Below are positions 1 to 22,614 of a stretch of DNA of 64,000 nt, piece after piece. Source of the DNA: Chrysomallon squamiferum (lineage: Eukaryota > Animalia > Mollusca); contig CM022679.1 of NCBI GenBank assembly GCA_012295275.1, positions 13,206,001-13,270,000 of the forward strand, written 5' to 3'. The translations under genes and the position numbers were made by a program. The first letter of the stretch is position 1; each line of letters opens with the position of its first letter. The notes beneath the pieces are model-generated. The model did no database searches. It saw only the letters and a list, made by a program, of their open reading frames with translations, and was not told where the DNA came from.

Positions 1-75
1 TTTTGTAAAATTAATTTTTCATTCATTAATTCTGAAGAAGGAAATGAGCCCACCTAGTACAGGAACTTTATATTT

Positions 76-120
<45 letters not shown>

Positions 121-348
121 AAGACCGTAACTACAAACAAATAAAATAAATCACGATACAAAACATAAGCGCTTCAGGAAAAATAACCAATATAAATGTG
201 TTAAAAATACTAAACGCCTAAGATAATTAAAATTAAAACATAGTAAGTAAAACTGTATGCCTCTCCACCATGATTAAATTCAAAAGAAAACAAAATCCAC
301 CCAATATGTTGTAATCGACTGCTGTTTGAAAAGTAGGATTTGAAATAC

Positions 349-500
349 TATACAGTAACGTCAAACAAAGATAATTCAAACGTCGATTTCTCGGATACTC
401 GATTTATTGAACCGAAAGTTAGCATTGATGACCTTCGAATATTCAAAAGTGAATAAATCCAAAAACTTTATATCTCAAAGTCGCTTTCCTGATCGAGAAA
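349..500. mobile_element. Degenerate Tc1/mariner-pogo-like MITE end (also near 6220 and 12020)
   Basis: TACAGTAACGTCAAACAAAGATAATTCAAACGTCGATTTCTCGGATACTCG resembles the TA-CAGTCAAAC...CTCGA-rich termini of pogo/Tigger-type MITEs; the partner end was not identified. Confidence 0.3.
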
Positions 501-2288
501 ATAGATTTAATAGAAATTAGCCTTCGAAAACTCGAAGTGCTGGAATGGTCACGCTATTGTTTCACTTGGTAAATACAAAACAATGAGTCGTTGATTATCC
601 GGAACGAAATACGCCTACCTCGGTCGTCATGTGTTTTTACAAAAAAACACTTTTGTTGTTTAGCTGATAAAGTTTACTGATTGATGTTTGTTTTTTGGAA
701 ATGAATGTACGCGTCAAACATGCTGTTTGCTGTTTAAATGCCAATTATTATGAAAGACCGGGGAATCTGGTGGACCCGGCAACGGAGATAGGGTGGGGTG
801 GAGGAATAGCCAGATGGGTTAACAAACAAAAGTTCTGCTGTCATGTTATCCAAAAGGACCCGACAGTGGAGTTTTAACCGCATTGGAAACACAAAGCAGA
901 GGCGTGAAAAGAAAGTTGGCGATGAAAAATACTGAGACAAATTCAAAGGGTTAATGGAGGTTAAAGCCGGTATATAAATATATAAACTGCTAAGGAAAAC
1001 CATAAGTGGTCAAATACTTTATTACTATGGATTAAAAAGAATGAATCAATTCAAGAAGATTATTTAACGTTTGGTCATAAAGTAAAAACGCGAGAACTGG
1101 AGAAATATGTGACCGCAACTTTGAAATGATTATAAAATGCAAGGGGATAAAAAATACTCTTTAGTAATGCCGTTTTTGTCGTTCCAAACACCCAGCTTAA
1201 AGAGCATGACGATAATGTCGTCCCCCAACATATGTGTGTGTGAATATTACAAACATACAGATCAATATTAAATGTGTATAGTCTTTTGAAAACAGTTTCT
1301 CTATATTATGTTAATCGTCCTCCAACATGAATATAAATCGTATATCAGAATGAGGCACATTAATAAATATAGGGACTTATTTATTTATTTAATAAAATTA
1401 CTCAATAAGAAAAGATATAATTTATTTATATAAATAATATTAATCACCCCAAAACAACAGTTAAAAATTTTAATCCTAGCACAAAGCCAAGTTTTTACAG
1501 TTAATCTCACTACTTCATACAGCTATGGTGGAAATGGGAGATTATAATAAAATAAAATAGTGAGATACCTATATGTTGAATTAGTTAACAAAAAAGTCTA
1601 AAATTTTATTATCTACACTCTCACTGCTAAAACGAGCACTTACACCAACGAAATATGCTCGAGGTCTTGTAAAACAAAAACGCAAGCAGACGGTGCTGTG
1701 AAATTTACGTTACAATGCCAGAAATATATAAAATTATAAAAATGTGTTATTTGAAGGGTCTTTACTGAAGCTAATCTGTGTGTGAGTATGTGTCGGTACA
1801 CACACAATCACATACATTCATATACACAAACACATGATTATACACATAATATATACACACATGTCATGGATTCGAAAACTTTTTCCACAGTATGAATGTG
1901 TGTTGTGGTGTCTATATATATATATATATATATACTTGATAAAAGTTCTTTGGGAAATACAAATCAAATGAACAGCACTATTCAAACATTAAATAAGATA
2001 TCGTAATGTACTACAGTACACAGCACAAACGTTTTAAGTGAAATTATTTTACAGATGTAAACATCTGAAACTTCAAATTTGATTTTCTATGATTTTTCAA
2101 ATCAACAGTTTTTGAAATTTTGCTCTTGGGGAATGGTTGGCCCTCTTTCTCCCCATCGAACTTGCCACTGGGCTTCAATAACATCAAGACAGAACAAAAA
2201 ATATATATATATTTTTTATTAAATTAACCTGTAATTTTTTTTCCGGGGGCTTATGGTCGGTAAAAAAAATTCATCTTTATTCTAGGTT

Positions 2289-3862
2289 TTATGTGTGTGA
2301 TCGCGAAAGCCACTGTAGGAATGGCGAAGATGAAAATGACTGTGGTATATTACCAAGTATGATATCTTTATGTATGTGCGTCTATGAATGTGTGTGAATA
2401 TATGGACGTATTAATGTAGTTTTATTTGTACATGAGCGGTTTGTATGTATATGACTGGTGTCTCTGTATATATGTATGTGTGTTTATATATGTATGTATG
2501 TCTGTATGTGTGTGTCTATGTATTAATGTGTATAGGTATGAATGTATGTTTGTGCGTGCATATGTATTTAAGTATGTGTGAGTGAAAAATAACTAGTGTG
2601 AAGTATATTCGTATGTACGTAAACGTTTTGTTATTAAGTGTCTTTTATATTTTATTTATTTATTCATTGGAAGTGTTTCTTAGAAATAAATTCTTAATAT
2701 TGTTCATCGCTCGTTTATGAGGATAGCAGACAGTTATTATTATTGTTATTATTATCATTATCATTATCACCATCATCATCATTATTATTATTATTATTAT
2801 TATTTTCTTTATTCAGATTCATATTACTGTAATCCTGGGGTTTTTCTGTGCCGAAGCAACCATACCTGTATCTCCAACCTGTATGTGTGTGATGACAAAA
2901 GCCACTGTAGGAATGGTGAAGATGAAAATGACTGTGGTATATTACCAAGTATGTCATCTTTCTGTATGTGCGTGTATGAATGTGTGTGAATATATGTATC
3001 CATTAATGCAGTTTTATTTGTGCATGAGCGTATGTATGTATACGAGTTGTGTCTATGTGTAAATATATGTGTGTTTATCTATGTATGTATGTGTCTATGT
3101 ATTAATGTCTGTATGTATGAATTTATGTGTGTTCGTGCAGATGTATTTAAGTATGTGTGTGAGTGAAAAATAACAAGTGTGAAGTATATTCGTGTGTATC
3201 TATGTTTGTGTGATATGCATGTGTGTCTATAATGTATAAAGTCTGGTTAAAACTCAATTGTCTGTTTGTATCTCTAACTCTTTGTTTGTCTTAAATCTCC
3301 TTCTCCGTCTTTCTGTCTGTCTCTGTATATCTGTCTCAGTTTGAATATACCTTTTAACATCCTCTTACACCAAATCACAGATAGAGACAAACGCATGCGC
3401 GCGCACACACACGCGCACACACACACGCGCACGCACGCACGAATAAACTTCATGTGGAAGTACGCTGATCGATCCCCACTGGGTGATTACAGCGGCGCAT
3501 TGCTTTGAATCGTAAGTACAAAGATTCAGTTAAAATATAGAAAGTGTTAGCGATGTTCTAACATTATAAAAACAATCTAATGGTAAATGAATATTTGAGA
3601 ATTGTTATTATTTATTATGAACTGATATATTGTATATTTTCTCCGTTCCATCCATTTTTTGTTTTGTTTTTTCTTTATAATGAAATTCATTTTATTTTTT
3701 TAAATTTGATCTAGCAGTATGATTCAATTATCCGATTTAGTTAAGACCTGAATCCATTACTAACTATTATTAATTATGAAAAGGGAATTTTTAAAATAAA
3801 ATAATGTCTTCTTTTTCTTCTTCTTCTTGATTTATCAATTCATTGTCCCTGCAAACCGAAAA
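2289..3862 (+). pseudogene. Partial protease pseudogene copy 1: truncated LDLa (~2289-2357), full LDLa exon 2817-2948, trypsin-exon fragment ~3452-3511 plus following intron
   Basis: Exon reads DSYYCNPGVFLCRSNHTCISNLYVCDDKSHCRNGEDENDC. GTACGCTGATCGATCCCCACTGGGTGATTACAGCGGCGCATTGCTTTGAATCgtaagt matches 20530-20587. Signal exon, CUB exons and catalytic Asp/Ser exons are absent. Confidence 0.88.
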
Positions 3863-4303
3863 TCCATTGTGCAAGAGTTAGTATATCAAAAATAGCATAC
3901 ATTGTGCAAACCATACATTAAGTTAGCATTCTGTGTTTATTTTATTATTACACTTCATTAACAGCGGTTAATCTTCGTGGTGTCCAGTGATGCATGAGGC
4001 GGAAACAATATTAAGAATTAACGTGAGTAATAAATCAGTATTATCACGTACTATTAAAAAAAAAAAGAACAACAACAACAACAACAACAAAGGTAATAAT
4101 AATAATAATAACAATAATAATAATAATAATAATAATAATTATCTCCATAATGCCTGTTAAACATAACACTGTAATGATGATGAATTGGTTTTTAACATCT
4201 GCGCATGGGCAGACTAATTAGCACACCATGTGACTTGGCTTATCTCCAGTAGCGCCTGTTACCAACATAACACTGTTATGACAACAAAGTTATTTTTAGC
4301 ATC

Positions 4304-4325
4304 TGACGTCATCAAGGGTATAAAA
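4304..4325 (+). promoter_or_regulatory. CRE palindrome (TGACGTCA, 4304-4311) plus TATA box (TATAAAA, 4319-4325)
   Basis: Exact motifs directly upstream of a GC-rich island; copy 2 keeps the TATA box (10337) but has TAACGTCA. Confidence 0.65.
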
Positions 4326-4347
4326 GGACCGCGCGCCCGCCCAATCG

Positions 4348-4683
4348 ACGGAACTGCCCAGCTCGCACCCGCGGAAAGTCGTTCACCATGACGGACTGGA
4401 AGTGGGTGCTGTCTCGTGTTAAGCTATTTTCCTTTTTGGTTCACAATTACGCTTACTTCGTTATTTCCTGAGATGTTCGAATCTTAGGACCCGTTCCCGG
4501 TTCTCGGAGACCACGCCCGTCAGCGGCCCTGCAATCGCAGTTTTAACTGCGCTAAAGGGTTGGGTGTGCGATCTGGGGACCTCAGACGTTGTACGTTGGC
4601 CGCTGGGTGGATTCGAATACCCCAGTGCCGAGTAGTGCAGTGTTTGAGGTCCCTGGTATATTTCTACACGTCTGCTATGGAAG
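4348..4683 (+). other. Highly structured GC-rich first exon or ncRNA, copy 1 (start estimated from TATA spacing)
   Basis: Four clear stem-loop domains, ends in AAG|GTAAGT donor, no long ORF. Confidence 0.55.
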
Positions 4684-4780
4684 GTAAGTTCGTTTATTTA
4701 GAAAGTAATTCTCTTCACATTCAGTATTAATTACTGCGTGACCTATATTATATGTGAGAATGATGATGGCGCTTATTTAC

Positions 4781-4811
<31 letters not shown>

Positions 4812-7800
4812 GACGACGACGACGAAGAAGAAACAACAACGAAATTGATTCAGGTAAATATTGCAATAATGTTTCACACAGAATTAAAATAGAATCGTGA
4901 AGGTATTGCACAATCACAGTGCAAATTCAAAGTAGAAAGCTAGTGATAATGACTCGGTGTACAAGATATTAACAAGGTTTTAATTTTAACTCTTTATTAA
5001 AAAACGAAACAAAAGTTTACGTAAGCGGATGATAATATTAGCTTTCGGCTGTGTGTAACTTCTAACAAACAAACAAAAAATAATAATAATAAAACGAAAT
5101 TTGGTGATTGTTTTTTTTTAGATGATGATAATTATTATTATTAAACAATGAAACAGGATTTTTCTCAAACTTTATTAATATATTTAGAATAAAGTACTTT
5201 ACAAACGTGTGACTAACAGGTAAGTGACAAGTGTGTAATTTAAAATATTGAAAAGTGATCGAAAAATTCTTTGCCGGCGGATAAGGTAAGTATATTTTTT
5301 TAACTTTGTATTTTGCTAAGCGAATCGAGTGGGAGTTGTGTACCAAAGGGAAAACATCTTTTCACGAGACAGCATTCAAGTCTGGACCTGCATGTTGATC
5401 GACTTTCTGAGAAATGAACAGGACTTGTTACGAAAATGTTAATAAAAACAATAAATGAAACAGGTATCTGTGTCTTACACGTTTTAAAAATAAATGAACG
5501 ATAATTTATGTGGTTTCTGTAGAACTTCGTTTCAGCTGTTTCAGGGTATAAGACGTCACAGTCAAGTATCTGACATATTCAGTTATATCGTAAATTTATG
5601 GCATAGATCATTGAAAATGGTGTTTCATTTCTTCGTCGAATTAAACTTAGTATTCTACTTTGACTTTCTAATTTAGAACCCAAAACACAAACCACGATAA
5701 TTTATTGTATTTTATTTAATCATAGGTATGTATTTATAAAAAAAAAAAAACATAACTTTAAAAATGTCTTTCACTATCCTGCAAATACTACTTTTTTTTT
5801 TTTTTACATGAAGTTTAAATTTTTATTACGTGCCATATACTACTGAACGAAAAAATAAATAGAACTTAATTTTGTAAAATTAATTTTTCATTCATTAATT
5901 CTGAAGAAGGAAATGAGCCCACCTAGTACAGGAACTTTATATTTTATTTTTATTTTTATTTTATTTTTTTTTTTTTTTTTTTTTTTTTTTGAAGACCGTA
6001 ACTACAAACAAATAAAATAAATCACGATACAAAACATAAGCGCTTCAGGAAAAATAACCAATATAAATGTGTTAAAAATACTAAACGCCTAAGATAATTA
6101 AAATTAAAACATAGTAAGTAAAACTGTATGCCTCTCCACCATGATTAAATTCAAAAGAAAACAAAATCCACCCAATATGTTGTAATCGACTGCTGTTTGA
6201 AAAGTAGGATTTGAAATACTATACAGTAACGTCAAACAAAGATAATTCAAACGTCGATTTCTCGGATACTCGATTTATTGAACCGAAAGTTAGCATTGAT
6301 GACCTTCGAATATTCAAAAGTGAATAAATCCAAAATTTTATATCTCAAAGTCGCTTTCCTGTTCCAGAATACGGATTTAATAGAAATTAGCCTTCGAAAA
6401 CTCGAAGTGCTGGAATGGTCACGCTATTGTTTCACTTGGTAAATACAAAACAATGAATCGTTGATTATGCGGAACGAAATACGCCTGCCTCGGTCGTCAG
6501 GGTTTTTACACAATGTGTTTTTTCTCTGTTCATAACAAAAACACTTTTGTTGTTTAGCTGATAAAGTTCACTGATTGATGTTTCTTTTTGCTTACAAATG
6601 AGTGTATCGTGTCAAACATGCTGTTTGCTGTTTAAATGCCAATTATTACGAAAGACCGGGAAATCTTGTGGACCCGGCAACGGAGATAGGGTGGGGTGGA
6701 GGAATAGCCAGATGGGTTAACAAACAAAAGTTCTGCTGTCATGTTATCCAAAAGGACCCGACAGTGGAAGTTTAACCGGATCGGAAACACAAAGCAGAGG
6801 CGTGAAAAGAAAGTTGGCGATGAAAAAAATACTGAGACAAATTCAAAGGGTTAATGGAGGTTAAAGCAGGTATATAAATATATAAACTGCTAAGGAAAAC
6901 CATATATCGTCAATTACTTTATTACTATGGATTAAAAAGAAATAATCAATTCAAGAAGATTATTTAACGTTTGGTCATAAAGTAAAAACGCGAGAACTGG
7001 AGAAATATGTGACCGCAACTTTGAAATGATTATAAAATGCAAGGGGATAAAAAATACTCTTTAGTAATGCCGTTTTTGTCGTTCCAAACACCCAGCTTAA
7101 AGAGCATGACGATAATGTCGTCCCCAACATATGTGTGTGTGAATATTACAAACATACAGATCAATATTAAATGTGTATAGTCTTTTGAAAACAGTTTCTC
7201 TATATTATGTTAATCGTCCTCCAACATGAATATAAATCGTATATCAGAATGAGGCACATTAATAAATATAGGGGCTTATTTATTTATTTAATAAAATTAC
7301 TCAATAAGAAAAGATAATTATTTATATAAATAATATTAATCACCCCAAAACAACAGTTAAAAATTTTAATCCTAGCACAAAGCCAAGTTTTTTTACAGTT
7401 AATCTCACTACTTCATACAGCTATGGTGGAAATGGGAGATTATAATAAAATAAAATAGTGAGATACCTATGTTGAATTAGTTAACAAAAAAGTATAAAAT
7501 GTTATTATCTACACTCTCACTGCTAAAACGAGCACTTACACCAACGAAATATGCTCGAGGCTTTGTAAAACAAAAACGCAAGCAGACGGTGCTGTGAAAT
7601 TTACGTTACAATGCCAGAAATATATAAAATTATAAAAATGTGTTATTTGAAGGGTCTTTACTGAAGCTAATCTGTGTGTGAGTATGTATGTGTCAGACAC
7701 AATCACACACATCCATATACATTCATATATACACAAACACATGATTATACACAAAATAATGTGTGTTGTGGTGTGTCTATATATAATATATATATAGAAT

Positions 7801-8257
7801 GCTACATGTCATGGATTTTGAAAAAACTTTTTGTCTAACAAATGTATGAATGTGTGTTGTGGTGTCTATATATATATATATATATACATACATACATACA
7901 TACTTGATAAAGGTCCTTTGGGAAATACAAATCAAATGAACAGCACTATTCAAACATTAAATAAGATATCGTAATATACTACAGTACACAGCACAAACGT
8001 TTTAAGTGAAATTATTTTACAGATGTAAACATCTGAAACTTCAAATTTGATTTTCTATGATTTTTCAAATCAACAGTTTTTGAAATTTTGCTCTTGGGGA
8101 ATGGTTGGCCCTCTTTCTCCCCATCGAACTTGCCACTGGGCTTCAATAATATCAAGACAGAACAAAAAATATATATATATTTTTTATTAAATTAACCTGT
8201 AATTTTTTTTCCGGGGGCTTATGGTCGGTAAAAAAAAATCATCTTTATTCTAGGTTT

Positions 8258-8786
8258 TATGTGTGTGATCGCGAAAGACACTGTATGAATGGCGAAGATG
8301 AAAATGACTCTGGTATATTACCAAGTATGATATCTTTATGTATGTGCGTCTATGAATGTGTGTGAATATATGTACGTATTAATGTAGTTTTATTTGTACA
8401 TGAGCGGTTTGTATGTATATGACTGGTGTCTCTTTATATATGTATGTGTGTTTATATATGTATGTATGTCTGTATGTATGTGTCTATGTATTAATGTGTG
8501 TGTGTATGAATGTATGTGTGTGCGTGCATATGTATTTAAGTATATGTGTGAGTGAAAAATAACTAGTTTGAAGTATATTCGTATGTACGTAAACGTTTTG
8601 TTATTAAGTGTCTTTTACATTGGAAGTGTTTCTTAGAAATAAATTCTTAATATTCTTCATCGCTCGTTTATGAGCATAGCAGACAGTTATTATTATTGTT
8701 ATTATTAACATTATCATTATCATTATCATTGTCATTATCACCATCATCATCATCATCATCATCATTATTATTATTATTATTATTAT

Positions 8787-8839
<53 letters not shown>

Positions 8840-9427
8840 TTTTCTTTATTCAGATTCACATTACTGTAATCCTGGGTTTTTTCTGTGCAAAAGCAACTAT
8901 ACCTTTATCTCCAACCTGTATGTCTGTGATGACAAAAGTCACTGTGGGAATGGTGAAGATGAAAATGACTGTGGTATATTACCAAGTATGTTATATTTAT
9001 ATATGTGCGTGTATGAATGTGTGTGAATATATGTATACATCAATGTAGTTTTAATTGCGCATGAGCACATACGAGTATGTATACGAGTTGTGTCTATGTG
9101 TAAATATATGTGTGTTTATCTATGTATGTATGTGTCTATGTATCAATGTCTGTATGTATGAATTTATGTGTGCGTGCAGTGTATTTTTGTATGTGTGTGA
9201 ATGGAAAATAACTTGTATGAAGTATATTCGTGTATATGTATGTTTCTGTGATATGCATGTGTTTCTATAATGTATAAATTCTGGTTAAAACTCAATTGTC
9301 TGTTTGTATCTCTAACAGTTTGTCTTAAATTTCGTTCTCCGTCTTTCTGTCTGTCTCTGTATATCTGTCTCAGTTTCAGTATACCTCTTAACATCCTCTT
9401 ACAGAAAATCACACATATAGACAAACG

Positions 9428-9468
<41 letters not shown>

Positions 9469-9895
9469 GAATAAACATCATATGGAAGTACGCTGATCGA
9501 TCCCGACTGGGTGATTACAGCGGCGTATTGCTTTGAATCGTAAGTACAAGGATTCAGTTAAAATTGAGAAAGTGTTAGCGGTGTTCTAACATTATAAAAA
9601 CAGTCTAATGGTAAATGAATATTTGAGAACTGTTATTATTTATTATGAACTGATATATTGTATATTTTCTCCGTTCCATCCTTTTTTTGTTTTGTTTTTC
9701 TATCTATGATGAAATTCATTTTATTTCTTTAAATTTGATCTAGCAGTATGATTCAATTATCCGATTTAGTTAATACCTGAATCCATTACTAACTATTTTT
9801 AATTATGAAAAGGGAATTTTTAAAATAAAATAATGTCTTCTTTTTCTTCTTCTTCTTGATTTTTCAATTCATTGTCCCTGCAAAACCGAAAATCC
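8258..9895 (+). pseudogene. Partial protease pseudogene copy 2 (LDLa exon 8854-8985; trypsin fragment ~9484-9539)
   Basis: Same layout as copy 1; the third LDLa cysteine is mutated TGT>TTT and the catalytic His codon CAT reads TAT (GCGGCGTATTGC). Confidence 0.88.
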
Positions 9896-10142
9896 ATTGT
9901 GCAAGAGTCAGTATACAAAAAATAGCATATACTGGTAATCGGTTAACGCATTGTGCAAACCAAACATTAATTTAGCATTCTGTTTCTATTTTATTATTAC
10001 ACTTCATTAACAGCGGTTAATCTTCGTGGTCTCCAGTGATGCATGAGGCGGAAACAATATTAAGAATTAACGTGAGTAATAAATCAGTATTATCACGTAC
10101 TAAAAAAAAAAAAAATACAACAACAACAACAACAACAATAAC

Positions 10143-10175
<33 letters not shown>

Positions 10176-10365
10176 TAATAATAATAATAATAATAATTAT
10201 GATGAGGTGGTTACTTATGCGCATGGGCAGACTAATTAGCACACCATGTGACTCGGCTTATCTCCAGTAGCGCCTGTTACCAACATAACACTGTTATGAC
10301 AACAAAGTTATTTTTAGCATCTAACGTCATCAAGGGTATAAAAGGAGCGCGCGACCGCCCAATCG

Positions 10366-10700
10366 ACGGAACTGCCCAGCTCGCACCCGCGGAAAGTCGT
10401 TCACCATGACGGACTGGAAGTGGGTGCTGTCTCGTGTTAAGTTATTTTCCTTTTGGTTCACAATTACGCTTACTTCGTTATTTCCTGAGATGTTCGAATC
10501 TTAGGACCCGTTCCCGGTTCTCGGAGACCACGCCCGTCAGCGGCCCTGCAATCGCAGTTTTAACTGTGCTAAAGGGTTGGGTGTGTCATCTGGGGACCTC
10601 AGACGTTGTACGTTGGCCGCTGGGTGGATTCGAATATCCCAGTGCCGAGTAGTGCAGTCTTTGAGGTCCCTGGTATATTTCTACACGTCTACTATGAAAG
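10366..10700 (+). other. Highly structured GC-rich first exon or ncRNA, copy 2
   Basis: Near-identical to 4348-4683, TATA at 10337, donor AAG|GTAAGT at 10700/10701. Confidence 0.55.
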
Positions 10701-13557
10701 GTAAGTTTGTTTATTTAGAAAGTAATTCTCTTCACATTCAGTATTAATTATCTCTTGACCTATATTGCATATGAAAATGATGATAGCGCTTATTTACTTA
10801 TTATTATTATTATTAAGACGACGAAGAAGAAACTGAGGTAAATATTGAAATAATGTTTCACATAGAATTAAAATAGAATCGTGAAGGTATTGCACAATCA
10901 CAGTGCAAGTTAAAAGTCCTAGGTTAGTGATAATGACCTGGTGTACAAGATATTAACCAGGTTTTGCTGATTATTATTATTAAACAATGAAACAGGATTT
11001 TTCTCAAACTTTATTAATATATTTAGAATAAAGTACTTTACAAACGTGTGACTAACAGGTAAGTGACAAGTGTGTAATTTAAAATATTGAAAAGTGATCG
11101 AAATTTTTTTTGCCGGCGGATAAGGTAAGTATATTTATTAAACTTTATATTTTGCTAAGCGAATCGAGTGGGAGTTGTGTACCAAAGGGAAAACATATTT
11201 TCACGAGACAGCATTCAAGTCTGGACCTGCATGTGGATCGACTTTCTGAGAAATGAACAGCACTTCTTACGAAAATGTTAATAAAAACGATAAATAAAAC
11301 AGGTATCTGTTTCTTACACGTTTTAAAAATAAATGAACGATAATTTATGTGGTTTCTGTAGAACTTCGTTTCAGCTGTTTCAGGGTATAAGACGTCACAG
11401 TCAAGTATCTGACATACTCAGTTAGATCGTAAATTTATGGCATGGATCATTGAAAATGGTGTTTCATTTCTTTGTCGAATTAAACTTACTATTCTACTTT
11501 GATTTGCTAATCTAGAACCCAACACGCAAACCACTATGATTAATTGTATTTTATTTAATCATAGGTATGTATTTATAAAAAAAAATAATAATAATAAATT
11601 TAAAAAATGTCTTTCTCATCATCCTGCAAATACTATTTTATTCTTTTTTTTTACATGAGGTTTGTATTATTTGTTAGGTTCCTAAATAAATAGAACTTAA
11701 ATTTGTAAAATTAATTTTTCATTCATTATTTCTGTAGCAGCAAATGAGAGATTAAAAGCCCACCTAGTACAGGAACTTTTTTCTTGGAAGACATCTTAAC
11801 TAGAAACAAATAAAATAAATCAAGATATAAAACAAAAACGCTTGAACAAAAAATAACCAATATAAATATATGATAAATACTAAATGCCTAAGATAATTAA
11901 AGTTAAAACATAATCAGAAAAAATGTATGCCTCTCCACCATGATTAAATTCAGAAGCTAAAAAAATCCTCCCACTATATTGTAATCTACTGCTGTTTGAA
12001 AATTAGGAATTGAAATACTATACAGTAACGTCAAACAGAGATAATTCAAACCTCGATTTCTTGAGTACTCGATTTATTGAACTGAAAGTTAGCATTGATG
12101 AGATTAGAATATTCAAAAGTGAATAAATCCAAAACTTTTATATCTCAAATTCGCTTTCCTGTTCTAGAATACGGATTTAATAGAAATTAGCCTTCGAAAA
12201 CTCGAAGTGCTGGAATGGTCACGTTATTGTTTCACTTGGTAAATACAAAACAATGACTCGTTGATTATGCGGAACGAAATACGCCTGCGTCGGTTGTCAG
12301 GTGTTTTTACACAATGCAAGCAGGGTTTCTGTTCATAACAAAAACACTTTTGTTGTTTTGTTGATAAAGTTCACTGATCGATGTTTGTTTTCCTTACAAA
12401 TGACTGTATCGTGTCAAGCATGCTGTTTGCTGTTTAAATGCCAGTTGCTATGAAAGACCAGGGAATCTTGTGGACCCGGCAACGGAGATAGGGTGGGGCG
12501 GAGGAATAGCCAGATGGGTTAACAAACAAAAGTTCTGCCGTCGTGTTATCCAAAAATTTATCCAAAAGTTGGCGATGAAAAATACTGGGACAAATTCAAA
12601 CGGTTAATGGAGGATAAAGCAGGTATATAAATATATAAACTGCTAAGGAAAACCATGAGTGGTCAAATACTTTATTACTATGGATTAAAAAGAAAGAATC
12701 AATTCAAGAAGGTTATTTAACGTTTGGCCATAAAGTAAAAACACGATAACTGGAGAAATATGAGACCGCAACTTTGAAGTCATCATAAAATGCTAGGCGA
12801 TAAAAATGCGCTTCAGTCATGCTGCTTTTGACGTTCCAAACACAGCTTAAAGAGCATGACGATAATGTCGAGACCAACATGTGTATGTATGTGTCTGTGT
12901 GTGTGTGTGTGATTAAAAACAATCAATCTTTTCCCAACAGTTTATCTACATTTTGTTAATCGTCCTCCAATATGAATATAAATTGTATATCAGAATTTTG
13001 CACATTAATAAATATAGGGGCTTATTTATTTATTTATTTATTTAATAAATTTATTCAATAAGAAAAGATAGTTACATATATAAATAATATTAAACACACG
13101 AAAACAACAGCTAAAAATTATAGTCCCACTTATAATCCTAGCACCCAGCCAAGTTTTTACAGTTAGTCTCACTACTTCATACAGGTATGGTGGAAATGGG
13201 AGATTATAATAAAATAAAATATTGAGATACCTATGTTGAATTAGTTAACAAAAAAAGTCTAAAATTGTATTATCTACACTCTCACTGGTAAAACGACCAC
13301 TTACACCAACAAAATATACCAGACGGCGCTGTGAAATTTCCGTTACAATGCAAGAAATATATTAAAATATAAAAATGTGTGTTATTTACTGAAGCTAATC
13401 AAGATGTGATCCAATCTATGTGTGTGTATGTGTCGGTACACACAATCACATACATTCATATACACAAACACATGATTATATACATAATACATACACACAT
13501 ATCATGGATTCGAAAACTTTTTTCACAGCATGAATGTGTACTGTGTGTGTCTATACA

Positions 13558-13614
<57 letters not shown>

Positions 13615-14468
13615 GCTTGGTAAATACAAATCTAATGAACAGCTCTATTCAAACACTAAATAAGATATCGTAATGTACTACACTATAAAGCACAAATGTT
13701 TTAAGTGACATTTTTTTACAGATATAAATATCTCAAATTGATTTTCTATGATTTTTCAAGTCTTTAAAATGTCGTAACTTAATAACTGTTAGTTCCATTA
13801 CCTTGATATTTGTTCATCAATTAAGTTTTTGAATTTGCTATTTTATGATTAATAATATTAATGATAATTTACTTAAAAACTTAAATAATGATAAAAACTT
13901 AAATAATCGCTTAAAATCAAGTTTTGAAAATTTTGCTCTGGGAGAGTGGCTAACCCTCTTTCTCCCCATCTAACTTGCTACTGGACTTCAATAAAAAATT
14001 GACAGAACAAAAAATATATATCTTTATTTTTAATTAACGTGTTTTTTTTCTTTTGTTTTGTTTTTTATTTTTATGGTCGGGAAAAAAATGCATCTTTATT
14101 CTAGGTTTTAAGTGAAATTATTTCTTTTAGTTCATTTGAAAATAAAAATAAAACATATTTTTAATAATTCTTTCCTCGGAGCCATTTCTGGAATGGGCTA
14201 TTAGTTCAAATTATATCTTATTTTTCGGTATTGTTATTATTATTATTATTGTTGTTGTTATTCTTGATGTTGTATTTAACTCCACCATATTTGACTGTTC
14301 TAAAAACAATAATATAATTTAAAATATAATAAACGTTCATACGTTTCCTGCAATTGTTTATACAAAACTTACCAAACCGACCACCTGGATAAAGTAAAAA
14401 TTATCTCACGGCCGCCATAAGTCTTTTCTTATCCACAAAATCCACTGACCTCTTCTCTCACTAGAAAA

Positions 14469-22614
<8,146 letters not shown>

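Larger units (their letters stand above)
1..5869. repeat. Tandem segmental duplication unit 1 (~5.87 kb; the array probably continues left of the window)
   Basis: The sequence at 1 (TTTTGTAAAATTAATTTTTCATTCATT...) recurs at 5870 and 11701 and stays colinear over kilobases. Confidence 0.95.
5870..11700. repeat. Tandem segmental duplication unit 2 (~5.83 kb)
   Basis: Colinear with unit 1, including the truncated LDLa piece, full LDLa exon, trypsin-exon fragment and GC-rich exon. Confidence 0.95.

Noticed and set aside
695-1003. Short ORFs in the repeat unit
   Set aside because: Frames are not preserved in units 2 and 3, and there is no splice or homology support.
4388-4490. Antizyme-like +1 frameshift at TCC TGA in the uORF
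   Set aside because: The +1 frame stops after five codons, there is no antizyme similarity, and copy 2 puts the site out of frame.
4348-4683. Identification as 7SK, telomerase RNA, RNase P/MRP, SRP RNA, tRNA/SINE or IRE
   Set aside because: No CTAACCCTAA template, no CR-I/CR-V pair, no Alu domain, no cloverleaf or A-box despite one GTTCGAATC, and no valid CAGTGN stem.
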